This document shows positions 13,573-26,815 of a stretch of 64,000 nucleotides of DNA, piece after piece. The stretch covers positions 35,930-99,929 of IMG/VR virus record IMGVR_UViG_3300026549_000056; one strand, 5' to 3'. How positions within the stretch are numbered: the first letter of the stretch is position 1; the number at the start of each line of letters is the position of its first letter. The position numbers and the translations under genes are program-made. The DNA is from a virus (lineage: Duplodnaviria; Caudoviricetes). The notes beneath the pieces were generated by a model. It was not told the DNA's origin. It did no database searches and was given only the letters and a program-made list of their open reading frames with translations.

Positions 13573-16500
13573 TCAATAAGTACGTCTGTTTCCAGCGGCT
13601 CTTTGACTAGCGGCATTAACGAGATTGTTGAAGGCTTTCTCGATTTCCTGACTAGATGAAACATTCGGGAAGGTAGCACTAATCTCGACTTTTTGCTGAA
13701 CACTATTATCTGCATTTCTATTGTTATTAGTAAGAATATTACTAATTTCACGACCTGCAATTAAGTTATTCAGTATATTGCTTCCTAAACCAGCTACACT
13801 ACTAATGATGCCACTTGCAATTTTAACGGCTGCAAGTGTATTTTTAGTATCTTTCTGATTAAGAACTAGCTCTTTTTGATGCAAGAAAGCTAACTTACCA
13901 GATTTATCATTCCACTCACCAGTATAACCACCAGTATCCATCTTAACTACTTGGTATCTAGTCTGATAACCTTCAAATTCTGTCTGTGCTTTACCACCAT
14001 TGAAGTATTTATCCAAACGAGATTCTGCATAATTCTTACTAGTCGTACCAGTACGATCAGAGTTCATCAAATCTGCATCTCTCGTAGTCTCCCAGTGGCC
14101 ACTCTTATTAGTCTGTTGGACGATCTTATATCTAGCTTGCTCTGTAGGCTTAGATGGAGTAGAAGAAGGTTCTCTTCCGTTATTTCTACTTCTACTTCCA
14201 GTGCTACCACTAGCGTTATTATTTCCCCTATTTGTGGTAGTTTTAGCTGGCTCAGAATGTGAAGTATCTATATTACCGCCACCATAATAATGTTGACCGC
14301 CGCTGTATACATCACCAATTGTACGACCTTGTACAGCCGCCCAATACTTCAAAGCTGCGTTGGCCGCGTCTATAGCTGCTGCTTCTGCATTACCGTATTG
14401 ACTAACCAAACCTTTAATAGCCTGATATACTGAATTAACTGCGTTGACTTCATTATTATAGCTATCAACCAATGTATCATTATCTTGGATGAGTGCTTGT
14501 GTATAACCAATTGTAGTATCAATTCCATTAACTACGTTTTGGAAACTAATACCTGCTGCCTATTGTACTGCATCTAGACTCTGAATATAAGTTCCATTAG
14601 CGTCAATCATAGCTTGCATGCAAGGGATAATCACTTCTCCTGTCATAGCTATATAGTTTTCAGCCATGTCACCTATAGCAGTATTCCAAGAAGGATCCAA
14701 ACCAGTATCCTTACCAAATAGTAAGTCCTGATTTGCTTCAGTCATGAGATTAAAATTCTTTAAATAAGTATCATTAATAAAAGCGTCGAATAAAGTGGGG
14801 ATTGCACCACCCTCGCCAATAAGAGCTTGGATACTAGCCCATACTGCTTGATCGTTCTCATCATCGCCATTTAAACCTAAGAAGGCTTGTAGCTCATCGC
14901 CCATCTCAGTTAATAGATTACCAAACTCAACACCAGTAAGATTAATTAACTCAGACTGCATGTTATGGTAGTCTTGACCAAGAACCGTAATATAACCATC
15001 ATCGCCAAAATACTCTTCTTGCAGTTCAAGTAGCTTCTCTTGCAGAGTTTCTTGATCGTCATAATAAGTCTGGCTTAACTCTTGAGCCTTCTCAAAGAAA
15101 TCCTATAATTTATCTTGCACCTCATCAATAGTATCAGATACATCTTTTTTTGCGAGTTGCCTTAACTCTTCTATAGAATCTCTTAGATCAGTTTGTGCAG
15201 ATTGTGTCTGATCTTCATCTGCGACATACTGATAGGTATAATTGCCTTGACTATCACGGCGTAATCTCATTTGAGTTTTTGCGTTCTGTATATCTTCAAG
15301 TACGATTTGCTTCTGTAATACTTCTAACTTTTTATTAGCGATGTCTAGATCAATTTGTCTTAAATTAGCAATACTATTTAGATCATTAACCTCTTTATCC
15401 AAGAAATCAGATAACTGCTTTTGAACACGAGGTGACTGATTATTCATGGCATTATTGACATTATCAACGAAGTCTAATACTCCAGTGGCGCGACTCGCTT
15501 TATCTAGATAGCGACTATCATTCCACTTAGCTTTATCCCATTCGTCCATAGCTTTTTGCCAGTCGCCGCCCATTAATTGATCTTTAGTAGTTCTAACAAT
15601 CTTTGTGATTGTATTGTTATACTTATCAATCAAATTCTGAACAGCATCTTCGACAGCACTATTTAAGTTGCTGAGCGAATCCATCCAGTTATCTCTGAAC
15701 TTCTTCCATTCTTCAGTTCCAACTTCAGCAGCATCCATCTGCTGCTTCCACATATCAGTCTACTTGCGATAGAATTCAAGCTCTTGATTATTATACTTTT
15801 CTCTTAAATTATAGTATTTATCAAGCTAATCTTCATTATTAACAGGTTTTAATAATTGAACAAGATTAATATCATGCTCAAGGATATCACTCATTTGATC
15901 ATAAGCATCAGCTTGATCATCATAAGCATCCTTTAACTTGTCAATAGTATCAAGAACTAGATCATGGATATCTTTCAGAATCTACTGTGAATCTTCAAGA
16001 TTCTGCATAAGATCATCAGTATATTTCTTTAGATCTTCAAGAGCCTGCTCCTCATTGTTACCATAGACATCACTCCAGCCAGTGTTTTCAATAGACTCTA
16101 GTTCTGCTTTAGTTTTATTAACATGATCTGTTAGCTGTTGGATAATACCATTACCATTCTCGTCATAGTAACTAAAGAAATCTTGCATCCTCGCTTTAGC
16201 TTGACCAAGGTAATCATTATCCTTAATCTTATCAATAACCTACTTCTTAAACTTATTCCAATCTCGTTTAGCGTCTGCGATATCAAGATCAGTATCAATC
16301 TGAATCTTGAACTTCTCAATCTTCAGCTCTTGTTCTTTATCGACAATGTCTTGAACTTTATCATAAGTATCTTGAAGAGTGTCCTGAAGCTTTTCATAAG
16401 AATCCATTGCCGCTTTAAGATTCTCATATCTTTGCTTCGCGGCCTCCGCTTGTTTGAGAATAACGTCTTGCGCTTCCGCGTCAGCTATACCAGCAGCTTC

Positions 16501-19500
16501 TCTTAACAAGTTATTATACTCGTTCTGGAACTGGATAGCTAAATTGGTATAGTTAATGATATTGCCTTGAGCATCAAACTGAACTTCATATCCAGCTAAC
16601 ATTGACTTTAGGTTAGTTTGCTGTTGAGCAAGATCTTTCTGCATTAAATCAATCTTGTTTTCATACAAAGCTTTCTCTTTTTCAAGAGCTTCAACCTAAT
16701 TATCAATAGATTGCTCTCTACCTTTACGAATAGATTTATCAGTTAATTTATCTAAACGATCAATCTAATCATTAATATCTTTCAGGCTACGATCAATTTC
16801 ATGATATTTATCAATATCAGAGTCTTTAATGAGATTTTTTAGAACTTCAGTTTCTGTCTTAGGCTTCTTAGAACGACCTTTACTACCGCCACCTTTTTTA
16901 GACTTCTTAGTCTTGCTAGGTGTATAGGATTCTCCATTGGCGACATTGGTAATGCCTTCTGCAACACCATTTGCGGTAGCACCAAGGATTTGAAGATTAT
17001 CTCTCTCTTTAGCAATACTCTTATCAATTTCATTAGCTGCTTTAGTAGCTGCATCAGCAATAGCCTGATAGCCTTCTTGAACATTCTCAAATTGATTAAC
17101 ATAGTCATCAATAGCAGAGCCAGAATCAAGATTACTAAGATCAGCACTACTTGAACTTGTTTGTCCTGCTGTAGTTTTTGATCCTTGATAGGTTGAACTA
17201 ATAGTCACACCCTTAGCATCCTTGCCATGCTTAGAATATTCGCCAGTTTCCATTGCCTGATGCGCAGCTGCCATTGCTTGACCAGCTTTGTTAGCACTAT
17301 CAATAGCAGAATTAGCCCATGCAGCAACTGAAACTGAAGCTGATGATGCAGATGAAGCTGCATTTGATGCAATAGCACTGAATTTCTAATCGGCATCTGA
17401 AGCGACCTTTTGATGATCTGTCATCTACATATTAGATGCCATCTGAGAATCATCAATTCTGACTTGCTTTACAGCATTGGAAATTGCTTCTTTAGCTTTA
17501 CCAGCTTGGCCTTCAGTATTGACCTAACTAGAAGCCATTGTCTGTGCGGCCGCCGCTATGGCACGATACTGCTCTTCCTTATCCTCCATCAGAGCAATGT
17601 TTTGTTCAATACGGGCTGCTACGCTTTGTGCATTGGCTGAAGTTTCTGCGGTCGCCGCACCGATAGCATTATTAACAATGTCTTGATTTAACCGATAACT
17701 GCCATCAGATACTTCCTGCATCCCTTGCAAAATACCAGGAAATGCATCGCTAAGAGTCGAAAGATCTTTTGCAGCAACAACAAAGTTGTCACCAATTTTA
17801 CTTGCCGCACCTGCGATAGTATCAAACTTACTCTGAACGTCACCAATGGCTTCATCCATGTTAGTTTGAATATTGACATCAATTTCATGCTCTGCATCGA
17901 GATAGTCATCAAAGTTCTGTTCAAAGCGTTCTACGGCTTCATCGCTGATATCAACCTTAATAGTGGCACCTAGGGACTCCATGCCAGTCATATCTTCAAT
18001 GAATTTATCAGCAGCATCTTGTGCAGCTTGTAAAGTATTCTCAAACTGAGCTTCTGAAATGGCGTCCTCAATTTCCTTTACGGCATCAGCATATGCACTA
18101 GCAGAAACGGCGCCGCCACTCATCTTCTCACTTACGATATCTATTGAACGAGCGAGATCTGGATACTGCTCTCCTAATAGAGCTAACTCAGAAGATAATG
18201 CCTCGGTATTATCATCAGTCAGCTTAGTTCCTTTGGTAAGCTTATTAATAGCATCCTCAGCAGCTTTCGCACCTATGTCAATCTGCTTTATTAGTTCAGC
18301 GGGATCAAGCTTCTCTTGGGCCTCATCTGCCGCATCTTCCACTTTCATTAATTCAGTAGGGATCTTGTCAAGATCAGTAACAAGAGTTTCTAATGAAATG
18401 CCTAACGAATCTGAAATAGCCTTTAAGGTTTCAAACTTATCAGAGCCAATGAGATTCTAAAGCTTACTTGTATCAAGGCCTTGCCCCTACTTGACAAGAT
18501 CAGCAATTGAATCTTTAACACTATCTATCTAATCTTTATTTAATCCAACACTTTGCCAAGCAGAGGAAACTCTATCTTCAAGCTGTCCAGAATCTTTATA
18601 ATACTGCTCGATAACACCTTCAAGTTTAGAAATCAGTTCATTGTCTTGAGTAGCAAGCGCCGCAGGTAAAGCATCTTGAGCCTGAGACATCTTAGCAGCT
18701 TCATCTTTTATAACCTGCTAATAATTGCCTTCCCACTCATCAATTTCTGCTTGAATATCTTTTGGGATCTATCCGTCATTAGCGGCCTAAACAGCTCTTT
18801 TATAGGCTTCTTCACTTTTTTTATCGAATTGATCTATAAAAAGTAAGCTTTCAGTCTCGCCATTAGCTGTCCCTACCGCTTTTGCAGCATCAACATCTTG
18901 ATCATGATAGTTGACATTACGGTCGGCCATATCAAAGCTACCAGATTTAAACGCGGTTCTAGTATCTTTGTTAGTCTATTCAGCCTTTAATTCATTTAGA
19001 CGCTTTTGGTTATCAATCTCTGCTTTTAATTCTTCGTTTTGAGCCTTTAAATTAGCTAATTCTTGAGCATCGGTTAAAGTAATGGTACCTTGGTCTTGAA
19101 TCTATTTAATTTTATCCTGAATATCTGTTAATTGATTATTCAATGATTCAAGATCATCCTGCCCTTGACTATATTCTTTAATGCTATCCTCTAAAGCTTC
19201 TTTAGCTTCTTGAGCAGAGACATGCATCTAATCAACAACTTTAATGACAACTGGAATCGCCGCTGAAATAGCACCAACTAAAACTCCAATTGGGCCTAAC
19301 GCTGCATATAGACTAGCAAAGCCGCTAATTACCATTGGTAAGCTCATTGCCGCAGAGGACAAGAATTGAGTAATTCTTTCTCCAGCTGTTAATGATTCGT
19401 CTCCAAGATTCGCAATCATATTTGTAAGATTGGAAACACCCATTGTGACTGTACCAAGAGACGAAATGGTATTGGTAACTTTCTGAATCTAGGCAGTCCT

Positions 19501-21777
19501 TTCAGCTTGAGCACGATTCTCTTTTATAGCTTCTGTAACAGCTTTTACAGCATTTGCATACTTTTGCCATTCTTGTGCAGTATTGCCATAATTCTCACTT
19601 GCAGTAGAAGCATCATTGATAACTCCAATTAGGTTAAATAAATCACCTTGAACTGTTGCAATTTGAGCATCTGAAATCTGGCCTGTCGCGCTAACCTCAA
19701 CTTTGATTTTTTGAATATCATTAAGCAAAGTCTGTAATGGAGCAAATTCCGCAGGATTAGCAAAATTCTTAGCTAAATCATTAGCAATATTATCTAATAC
19801 AACAAAACGTTGGTTATTATCACCAGTATTAGAAATTTGATCTAAAGTAGTACGAATCAAGTCGAAAGACTTCTGAACTCTTTCAACATCAGCTTGCCAT
19901 TTCTATGTTGCAGCTTCTGATTTTAATTCACCTTCATTAATACCAGATAATGCTTTAGCACAATTATCAATTGTATTTAACTGTGCTCTTAACTCTTGAG
20001 CTTTTTGTGCTTCGGTACCAAGTTGTTTAAGCAACTCATTGTGATAATTTTGTTGCTCTTGAGTCATTAAACGATAAACTGGCAAGGTCTACTGTTGCTG
20101 ATCAACCATTGCTTTTACAGCTTCATTGTTCTGAATTCCCGCAGTGCCTGCTAGAGCCTTCGCAGTTGCTTGGGCCTGAGCAATAATATTTTTATCACTA
20201 AAAGTATTTTGAATATTCGTTGCAATATTACTAATCTAAGTAGCAATATTTTTACTAAAAACTCTGGTTAAAATAGCACCAAAACTAAGAAGCGCGTTAC
20301 CGCCACCACCAATAGCATCAACTAATTGAGTAAATATATTTAAAAAATTGGTTCCTATATCAACCAATCCCTTAAAGCTATCTGTATCAGAAAACGCCTG
20401 GATGAATCCTTCTTGCGCAGCTGTTAATTCATTCAAATGAGCTTTTAATGAATCCATATAGATATCATTTTTCTCATTTAACTCATTATTAGCTGAAAGA
20501 GAAGTATTTAATTCTTTTGTATAAGTATTCCAGTTATCGAATAACGCAATTAAGTTATTCATCTGGCGCTGGCCAGCCATTGTCTGAGCAAGATAAATCT
20601 GTTGCTCTCTTGTCATTGACCCCCATTTTTCACCAATTTCGGTCATGACATCACCAGTATCTCTTAGTTCACCATTAGCATCAAGAACATCAATGCCAAG
20701 CTTTGCCATCTTACCAGTGTAATTACCAAGAGAAACTTCTGCATCATCTGTACCAGCTTTAATATCATTAATACGGGCATAGATAGTCTTTAAAGCATTA
20801 CCAGTTGTCTCAGGAGCCTGCCTTGTTACCTGAGTAATTGTGGCAATCTGAGCAGCTAACTGGTCAATGGTAACGCCCATATTGTTAGCGATAGATGCAG
20901 ACTTAGACATCGCAGTAGCCAATTCAGACATATCAGATGCAGATGTATCTGCCACAGCCGCTAACTTAGAAACAGCCTACTCAGTGTCTTGAGCCTGAAT
21001 CTTGAAGCCGTTCCACACAGCGGTAAGATCATTTGCCATATCCGCAACGTCTGCTCCAGTGATGTTGGCGGCTTTTAATGTCGCTTCAGTACGAGCTTCT
21101 CTATCTGATGCTCCTAAACCTTGCTGAGCAAATGTTAAATAAGCATTTGTATATTCTTTGGTTTGACGACCTAATGCGGCAGCTGCGCTATTTGCAGACT
21201 CAGCAAACTTATCCATCTGCTCTCTAGAATCACCAGTAACAACTCTAATATCTGTTAAAGACGCATCTAGAACTTTTACATAATTATAAGCACTTTGAAT
21301 TGCACTTGTAAAACCATTAATGACACTTGAAGAAATGTTCCACTTGACAGTATTAATAAGTGTTTCTCCCATCTTGTCAAGAATGGTCTGAGTGTTTTTA
21401 AGAGTAGTGTTTGTAGTTAAAATTTCAGCTGATAGCTTCGTAAAAGCCCGCTGACCAACATCCCCTACCTGAGAAAAATCTTTATAGATTTGTTCAAGAG
21501 TAAGTCCAGAGTTAGCTAGTTCAGTATTAAACTTTGTAATATTAACAGTATTCAGCTTTGGGTTAAATGCTTTTGTTAAAGCTTCTTCAACCTTACCTGC
21601 CGTATTCTATATTTCTGTTAATCTTGCCCTAGCATCTGTTATAGACTTAGCATCTATAATACTGCTAGGCTTGGTTGCGTAAATCTGGTCGATAGCTTTT
21701 TTAAGGTCATTTAGTTCAGACTTATCAACATTAAATCCAACGCCAAAGTTGATTTGTCCACCATTTCCTTTAGCCAT
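13573..21777 (-). CDS. Tail tape measure protein (~2,734 aa, TAG read-through)
   Basis: Twelve listed fragments share one frame. TP901-type core (ELATAMSKSASIAN..TRQAPETTGNALKTIYAR), long Ala/Leu/Asp helical stretches, C-terminal MDTGGYTGEW..LAFLHQKELVLN. GGAGG RBS; TGA stop. Confidence 0.9.
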
Positions 21778-21866
21778 ATAGACGCTAACCTCCTTTTATA
21801 TCAGTTTTATGCGGCTGCCGCTCATCCGATCGGAGAACCAAACGCCGCAGATTTTAAGCATAAAAA

Positions 21867-21906
21867 AATTGTTCCATTCTACAAGAAATTGTAGAATGGA
21901 ACAATT
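21867..21906. terminator. Long inverted repeat, probable terminator or processing hairpin
   Basis: aattgttccattctacaa-gaaa-ttgtagaatggaacaatt with an A-run on its left (U-tract on the minus strand). Confidence 0.6.
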
Positions 21907-21933
21907 AGATTATCTTGCTTCGTCCAAACTCGA

Positions 21934-22518
21934 TTACTTCTCTGGAGTCGGCATCTGTACGACTTTACTAGGATTATTCATGCCAGTCTTATCAGCGATC
22001 TGAGCGAGTCTTCTAGCTTCCTCAAACTGCTCTGGCTTGATATTGTTTAAAATGTCTACGGCCTGGCTCATCTGACTAGGTAGATCCTGGATGAAACTTC
22101 TAAGCACGGCCGCCGCGCTATTTCCATATACCAATCTGTTCTCTTTTGTCTTTTCCAAATACTCAAGTAGCTGACTGTACTCATCTTGATCCATGTTAGT
22201 AATAACAGCATCAATCAGACCAGAGCACTGAAGTTTATCATATAACTCAGACTCGTCCTCTTTCTGCTTGTCAGTGAATGAAATATTAGTATAAAGATAA
22301 ATCAGATTCAGATTAAAATACATCTCCAAAGCTACATCATTATAGTTCCCATTCTGTTCTGCCTTTTGAAGAGCAACCTCAATAAGGTCATTCTTTTCAG
22401 AAATAGGAAGATACTTCAATACATCAATGCTGTACGTAGCTCCGTTATATTCAAAATCAAAGGTATTTACATTTGTATCTACCTTAAGTTTCATACTTGC
22501 AAATGATACTTTTGTCAT
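21934..22518 (-). CDS. Hypothetical protein, possible tail assembly chaperone (194 aa, no TAG)
   Basis: Intact ORF immediately upstream of the tape measure gene; function inferred from position. Confidence 0.65.
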   Translation of the reverse strand: MTKVSFASMKLKVDTNVNTFDFEYNGATYSIDVLKYLPISEKNDLIEVALQKAEQNGNYNDVALEMYFNLNLIYLYTNISFTDKQKEDESELYDKLQCSGLIDAVITNMDQDEYSQLLEYLEKTKENRLVYGNSAAAVLRSFIQDLPSQMSQAVDILNNIKPEQFEEARRLAQIADKTGMNNPSKVVQMPTPEK

Positions 22519-22552
22519 ATTTATTTCTCCTTTTGCCTCTTGAACTAATTAT

Positions 22553-22581
22553 ATTATATATAAAAATTCTAGGAATGTCAA
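22553..22581 (-). promoter_or_regulatory. Consensus sigma-A promoter
   Basis: TTGACA-17 nt-TATAAT on the minus strand, upstream of 22518. Confidence 0.75.
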
Positions 22582-23726
22582 ATTGTAATTTTAACTTCGC
22601 TTGGGACCTATTCTAATGCTGCTCGTTCAACAATATTTCTTAAACCTTTTCTTCCGCTCATCTTAACAGGGTCTTTATACTGTTTCTTTAAAGACATCTA
22701 TTTTAGTTCTTCCGCAGTTTTAATTTTATTATTAAGAATCTGAGTAGCTAGAGTAATCATTTGTCTAAAGCCAGGCAGGGAAGCATCTAAGGACTTTACT
22801 GCATAATCATATTCATCTGTTGATACATCAGATGTATATAGACCAGAGATACTATCAACATTTGCAACACCTTCTCGGATAAAATAATCCATATTTCTAT
22901 TGTATAATTTTCCCAGAAACAACGTATTTGGATTCTATCCCTAACCGCCGCCGGTATAAAAGAAATAAGCATAAGCTTCAGAGATATCGCCTTCTGCGCC
23001 ACCAACAGTAAGCTTATACCAGATATCTTCAGTAGTTATTTTCCAGAATACGTGTGGTTTCCATTTTCTGTACTCTTCCAAGGTTACATCATAGGCCTCA
23101 TTTAATCCCTATAAAGACTCTGCTCCAATAATTGAATCTTTCCTAATAGCATTACTCAAGTTAGCTTTAATTTTATCTACATCAAATTTTAAACGAGCAG
23201 ATAATCTAGGCACTTTACCAGATGCAATATCAGATTTAATAGCAATACCAGTATCACCTTTAAACATTTCTTCAATTGGAATATCCATGATAATTGGCCC
23301 ATCGCCTGAGTCTGGAATAGCAACACTAAGTCTGGTCTAGTGTCCAGTAATTACCTATAGAATACGACTATTAAAAAGCATAGAAGCTTGATAAAAATCA
23401 TCAAGTTGATACTACGATAGCTCCTTATACTGAATCTATTGCTTATACTACTGATAAGCCTAAACAATACTTGGATCTTTTTTATTTTTAGAATATCCAA
23501 TAGCTTGTCTCTTTTGTTTTAGCAATTTGGCATTTTGTTCAATCTATTGAATTTGCTTTAAATTCTTTTGTACAACTTTAATATAATCTAAAGCAATCTT
23601 TTTCAATAGCAAAGAGCAGTCATCACCGAGGGCTTTAAGCTATTCAGCACTCCTATCTCCTATAGCTTCACTGATCCGCTATAAAGCCTCATCTGAGATA
23701 TTTATGGAAAGCTTCGAAGCTGCCAT
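22578..23726 (-). CDS. Hypothetical protein (382 aa, TAG-rich)
   Basis: ATG 23726 (MAASKLSINISDEAL*RISE), in frame with fragment 22698-22922; TGA at 22578. Confidence 0.65.
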
Positions 23727-23860
23727 AATAATAACCCCCTTATGTAAATCTAATAAAATTTATTTTATAATATAAATATAGAAAAAGTATACAAAAGCTT
23801 TCTTTGTAAGGCCGTTCCTGTTCGCGGGAATATGATTCCGAGCAGAGAAAGTGCAACAAT

Positions 23861-24205
23861 ATGTTTAATAAACTTAGTAACTTTTTCTAGACTAACGATA
23901 TATGTGATGAAAATGATATCATGTACATCGTTAAGACAAAAGGAACTCAGATCACAGAGTTCCATCTTACTGATGGCAGGACCATCACTAAATATATTTC
24001 TTTAAGAGATTGCAAAGCCGAATTGTCTTCAGATATATTTTATAATATCACCAAAGGTGTATTGATAAATATCAATCATGTAAAATGTATCAATAGAAGA
24101 ACTTACCACATGAAAGACGGCGAAGTCTTTGAAGGCAAGCTTAAAGGATATAAACTTCATCAATCTCTCAAAAAAAAAGTGCGGCGGCACTGTATGAAGA
24201 TATAA
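23861..24205 (+). CDS. Stand-alone LytTR-like DNA-binding protein (114 aa, 1 TAG)
   Basis: DIMYIV..TEFHLTDGR..YISLRD..FYNITKGVLININHV..I..YHMKDGE fits the LytTR pattern. The ORF extends upstream through TAG to ATG 23861. Confidence 0.65.
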
Positions 24206-24318
24206 CCAGGCGGCCGCGCATACCAAAAAAAACGGGGAGATAGTTATACTACCTCCCCATAAAATTACTCTATTAAAAATTAGCTGCCCTGTTTTTCTTC
24301 AGTCTCCAGCAGGAGTCT

Positions 24319-25392
24319 TTAGTCATTTACAACGTGGACTTTTTTACCTGCTTCGTCGACTTCATCCTTGAACATACCTGCATTAGAAGCACCATCGAAG
24401 ATATCGTTATAAACGCTCTCTTCATCATGCTCATGTCCCTCAGTATGAGGCATTACAGGCTCACCACGAGAAGCACTCTTTGTAGCATCCTCAACAATCT
24501 GAAGTACGCAAAGAACTTTCTTGGTCTTGTCAAAATATGTATAACCAGGGAATGCATCCATAGTAAACGTAAATGTACTAGGATCACCTGTGCCAGCCAT
24601 TGTAATAGTAAAGTTAGACTGAATTTTAACATTCGGGAATGTTAAGTTAGCAGGCATATCTTTACCATCGCTCTGACGTCTGAACAGTGTATCAGCTTCA
24701 ACATAATAGAAGCCAGCAAACATATCAGCAGTAAGATCAGCTTCATAAACCTGCTTGCCAGGAAGATCAATATAATAATCAACCATTACGTTTCTATTCT
24801 TAGCTTCAGTAAATCCGCTAATCACACTCTTGAATGTATATTGATCATTGTTAATAGAAGCCGTTCCATTAGCAACCTCTCCTTTGCTATCGGTGGACAT
24901 ATAAATCTTACCATTCAAAGAACCATCATCTTCGATACCCATAACATAAAGTGGAGCATCCTGTAAGCAGATCTCAGCTTTACCTGTCTTAGCAGCTTCA
25001 TCAACACCGAACTCAGCAAGAGCTTCAGTCAGGTCGATTGTACCATCTGCCTTAACAGTAGTCATGGTTGTCATGTGATAGTGAACCTTATCTGTTGAAT
25101 CAGCAGCTTTTCTAAACAGACCTGCACCAGAAAGAATAGCAAAACCGATAGGTGAAAGAAGAGCATCCTCAACTGTGAATGTTAAGGTCTTGTCACCTTC
25201 CCATGCGATCAGTCTTGGGTTGCCACGGCCGCCCTGTGCATATACTGAAGTAGTTGCTTGTTCAATAGAAGAGGTTGTTGCGGTATCAATATAAAGGACT
25301 GGCTGACCGACATGGAATGTGGTACTGCCAATCTGAGTTTCCTGCTTCGCGCGGAAAACGATATTTGCACACTCGCGAATACCAAACTTCAT
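24319..25392 (-). CDS. Major tail tube protein (357 aa, no TAG)
   Basis: YAQGGRGNPRLIAWEGDKTLTFTVEDAL and PNVKIQSNFTITMAGTGDPSTFTFTMDAF; located between head-tail genes and tape measure; strong AGGAGG RBS. Confidence 0.8.
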   Translation of the reverse strand: MKFGIRECANIVFRAKQETQIGSTTFHVGQPVLYIDTATTSSIEQATTSVYAQGGRGNPRLIAWEGDKTLTFTVEDALLSPIGFAILSGAGLFRKAADSTDKVHYHMTTMTTVKADGTIDLTEALAEFGVDEAAKTGKAEICLQDAPLYVMGIEDDGSLNGKIYMSTDSKGEVANGTASINNDQYTFKSVISGFTEAKNRNVMVDYYIDLPGKQVYEADLTADMFAGFYYVEADTLFRRQSDGKDMPANLTFPNVKIQSNFTITMAGTGDPSTFTFTMDAFPGYTYFDKTKKVLCVLQIVEDATKSASRGEPVMPHTEGHEHDEESVYNDIFDGASNAGMFKDEVDEAGKKVHVVND

Positions 25393-25411
25393 AGGTATTT
25401 TCCTCCTTAAA

Positions 25412-26179
25412 TTATTCTGAATCCGAATGAATATCTTTCATCCAGTTTTCAACTTCTTTGAGATCCTTAGCTCCAGCCATTTTTGCTTGAACATAGATAT
25501 CTGATTCTTGCTTCAAGCAGAATCGCTAGAACTCATCAAATAATTGATAAACACTATATCCTAGTAAAGAATTCATGTCTTTTTTTTCCCCTACAGCTAA
25601 AATTGAAATATATCGAGTTAAGATTGCTACTTTTTGTCCTTCTCCGCCCTGTTTCTTCATCTAAGCTAGCTTTTCATGATATTTTCTAAATTGCTATGCT
25701 AATCTTTCTGCTCTCTTGTCTCCTGGGTTATAATCTGTGCTGCTTTTAAAAAGACTCTTTAAGCAGAACATCTGACTAAGAATACTCTGAAAAGCATCAA
25801 AATTTTCTTTAGTAATCTGGGATGCAGAAACACCTTTATCAGTTTGTTTTATCAGTATAATAGAATTAGGAGCAAAAGAAACTCGATAATCGGGGAACAT
25901 AAGTAAAAGAACCATCTCTGCACAAGCTTTATTCTTTTGCACTACAGGATTAGGTTCCTTTATTATCGACATTAATATATCAAAATTCGTTGCTTCACCT
26001 AAACGATTTTTGTCCTCAGAAGTTAGACTCTCTTTAGAAAGATTTAAGAACTGACACCCAATGAAAAATGACTCTTCTCCAATGTATCCTATCTACTTTA
26101 TTGAGGGCTGATGTACAACTAACTTGGCTTCTGTAAATGGTATGTCATTTTTTGACAATAGAAGTAAGTCATTAAGCAT
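25412..26179 (-). CDS. Hypothetical tail-region protein (255 aa, TAG read-through)
   Basis: MLNDLLLLSKNDIPF..HQPSIK*IGYIGEE..FDEF*RF..MAGAKDLKEVENWM; includes fragment 25694-25972; TAA stop. Confidence 0.7.
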
Positions 26180-26795
26180 TTATTTTACCTAAATCCTCAG
26201 TAAAGTGAATCCCTCTATAAGAAAGAGTATACATTGAAATATCTTCGTTCAATACAGATAACTGACAACCTAAAAATTGATACTCACCAAAACCAGACAT
26301 TTTAATATTATTTCCAGCAGAACCAAAATTAGCTTTATTCTTATTAGTACAGCTATTTAGTATTCCATCAATATATCCACAAATCTTCAGCGGCCGCACC
26401 TGATAATCTTCTAGACACCATTCGTCCATATAACAAATGACATCAAAATTAATTGTGCAGTCCCTAAACTCTGGATTTTTACTTGGCGAGAAATTATCAA
26501 AAGATACAAGAATGTATGATCTGATATTATCAAACGTACCCCGTGCAATTTTTGGGTTCAGTCTTACATACCCTTCATCTATCAATTGTCCTAGTGACTT
26601 ATTGTCAACCATCTGTTGATATTCCTAATTACTTTTATCCAGACAATCTGGTTTATTAATAATCAAAAGCCTCTTTAGCATGTCACTATATGGGGCTGAC
26701 TCAACAAATAATGACTTTAAAATCGTCTAAGTATCTTTTTCACATGATAGAAAAGAAGAATGTAAAGGCTATAGCTTTATTAAATCTTTTCTCAT
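26172..26795 (-). CDS. Putative tail terminator/neck protein (207 aa, 3 TAG)
   Basis: ATG 26795 with AAGGAG RBS, in frame with 26172-26612; function inferred from position. Confidence 0.65.
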
Positions 26796-26815
26796 GTTAA
26801 CTCCTTTTATCTCAA

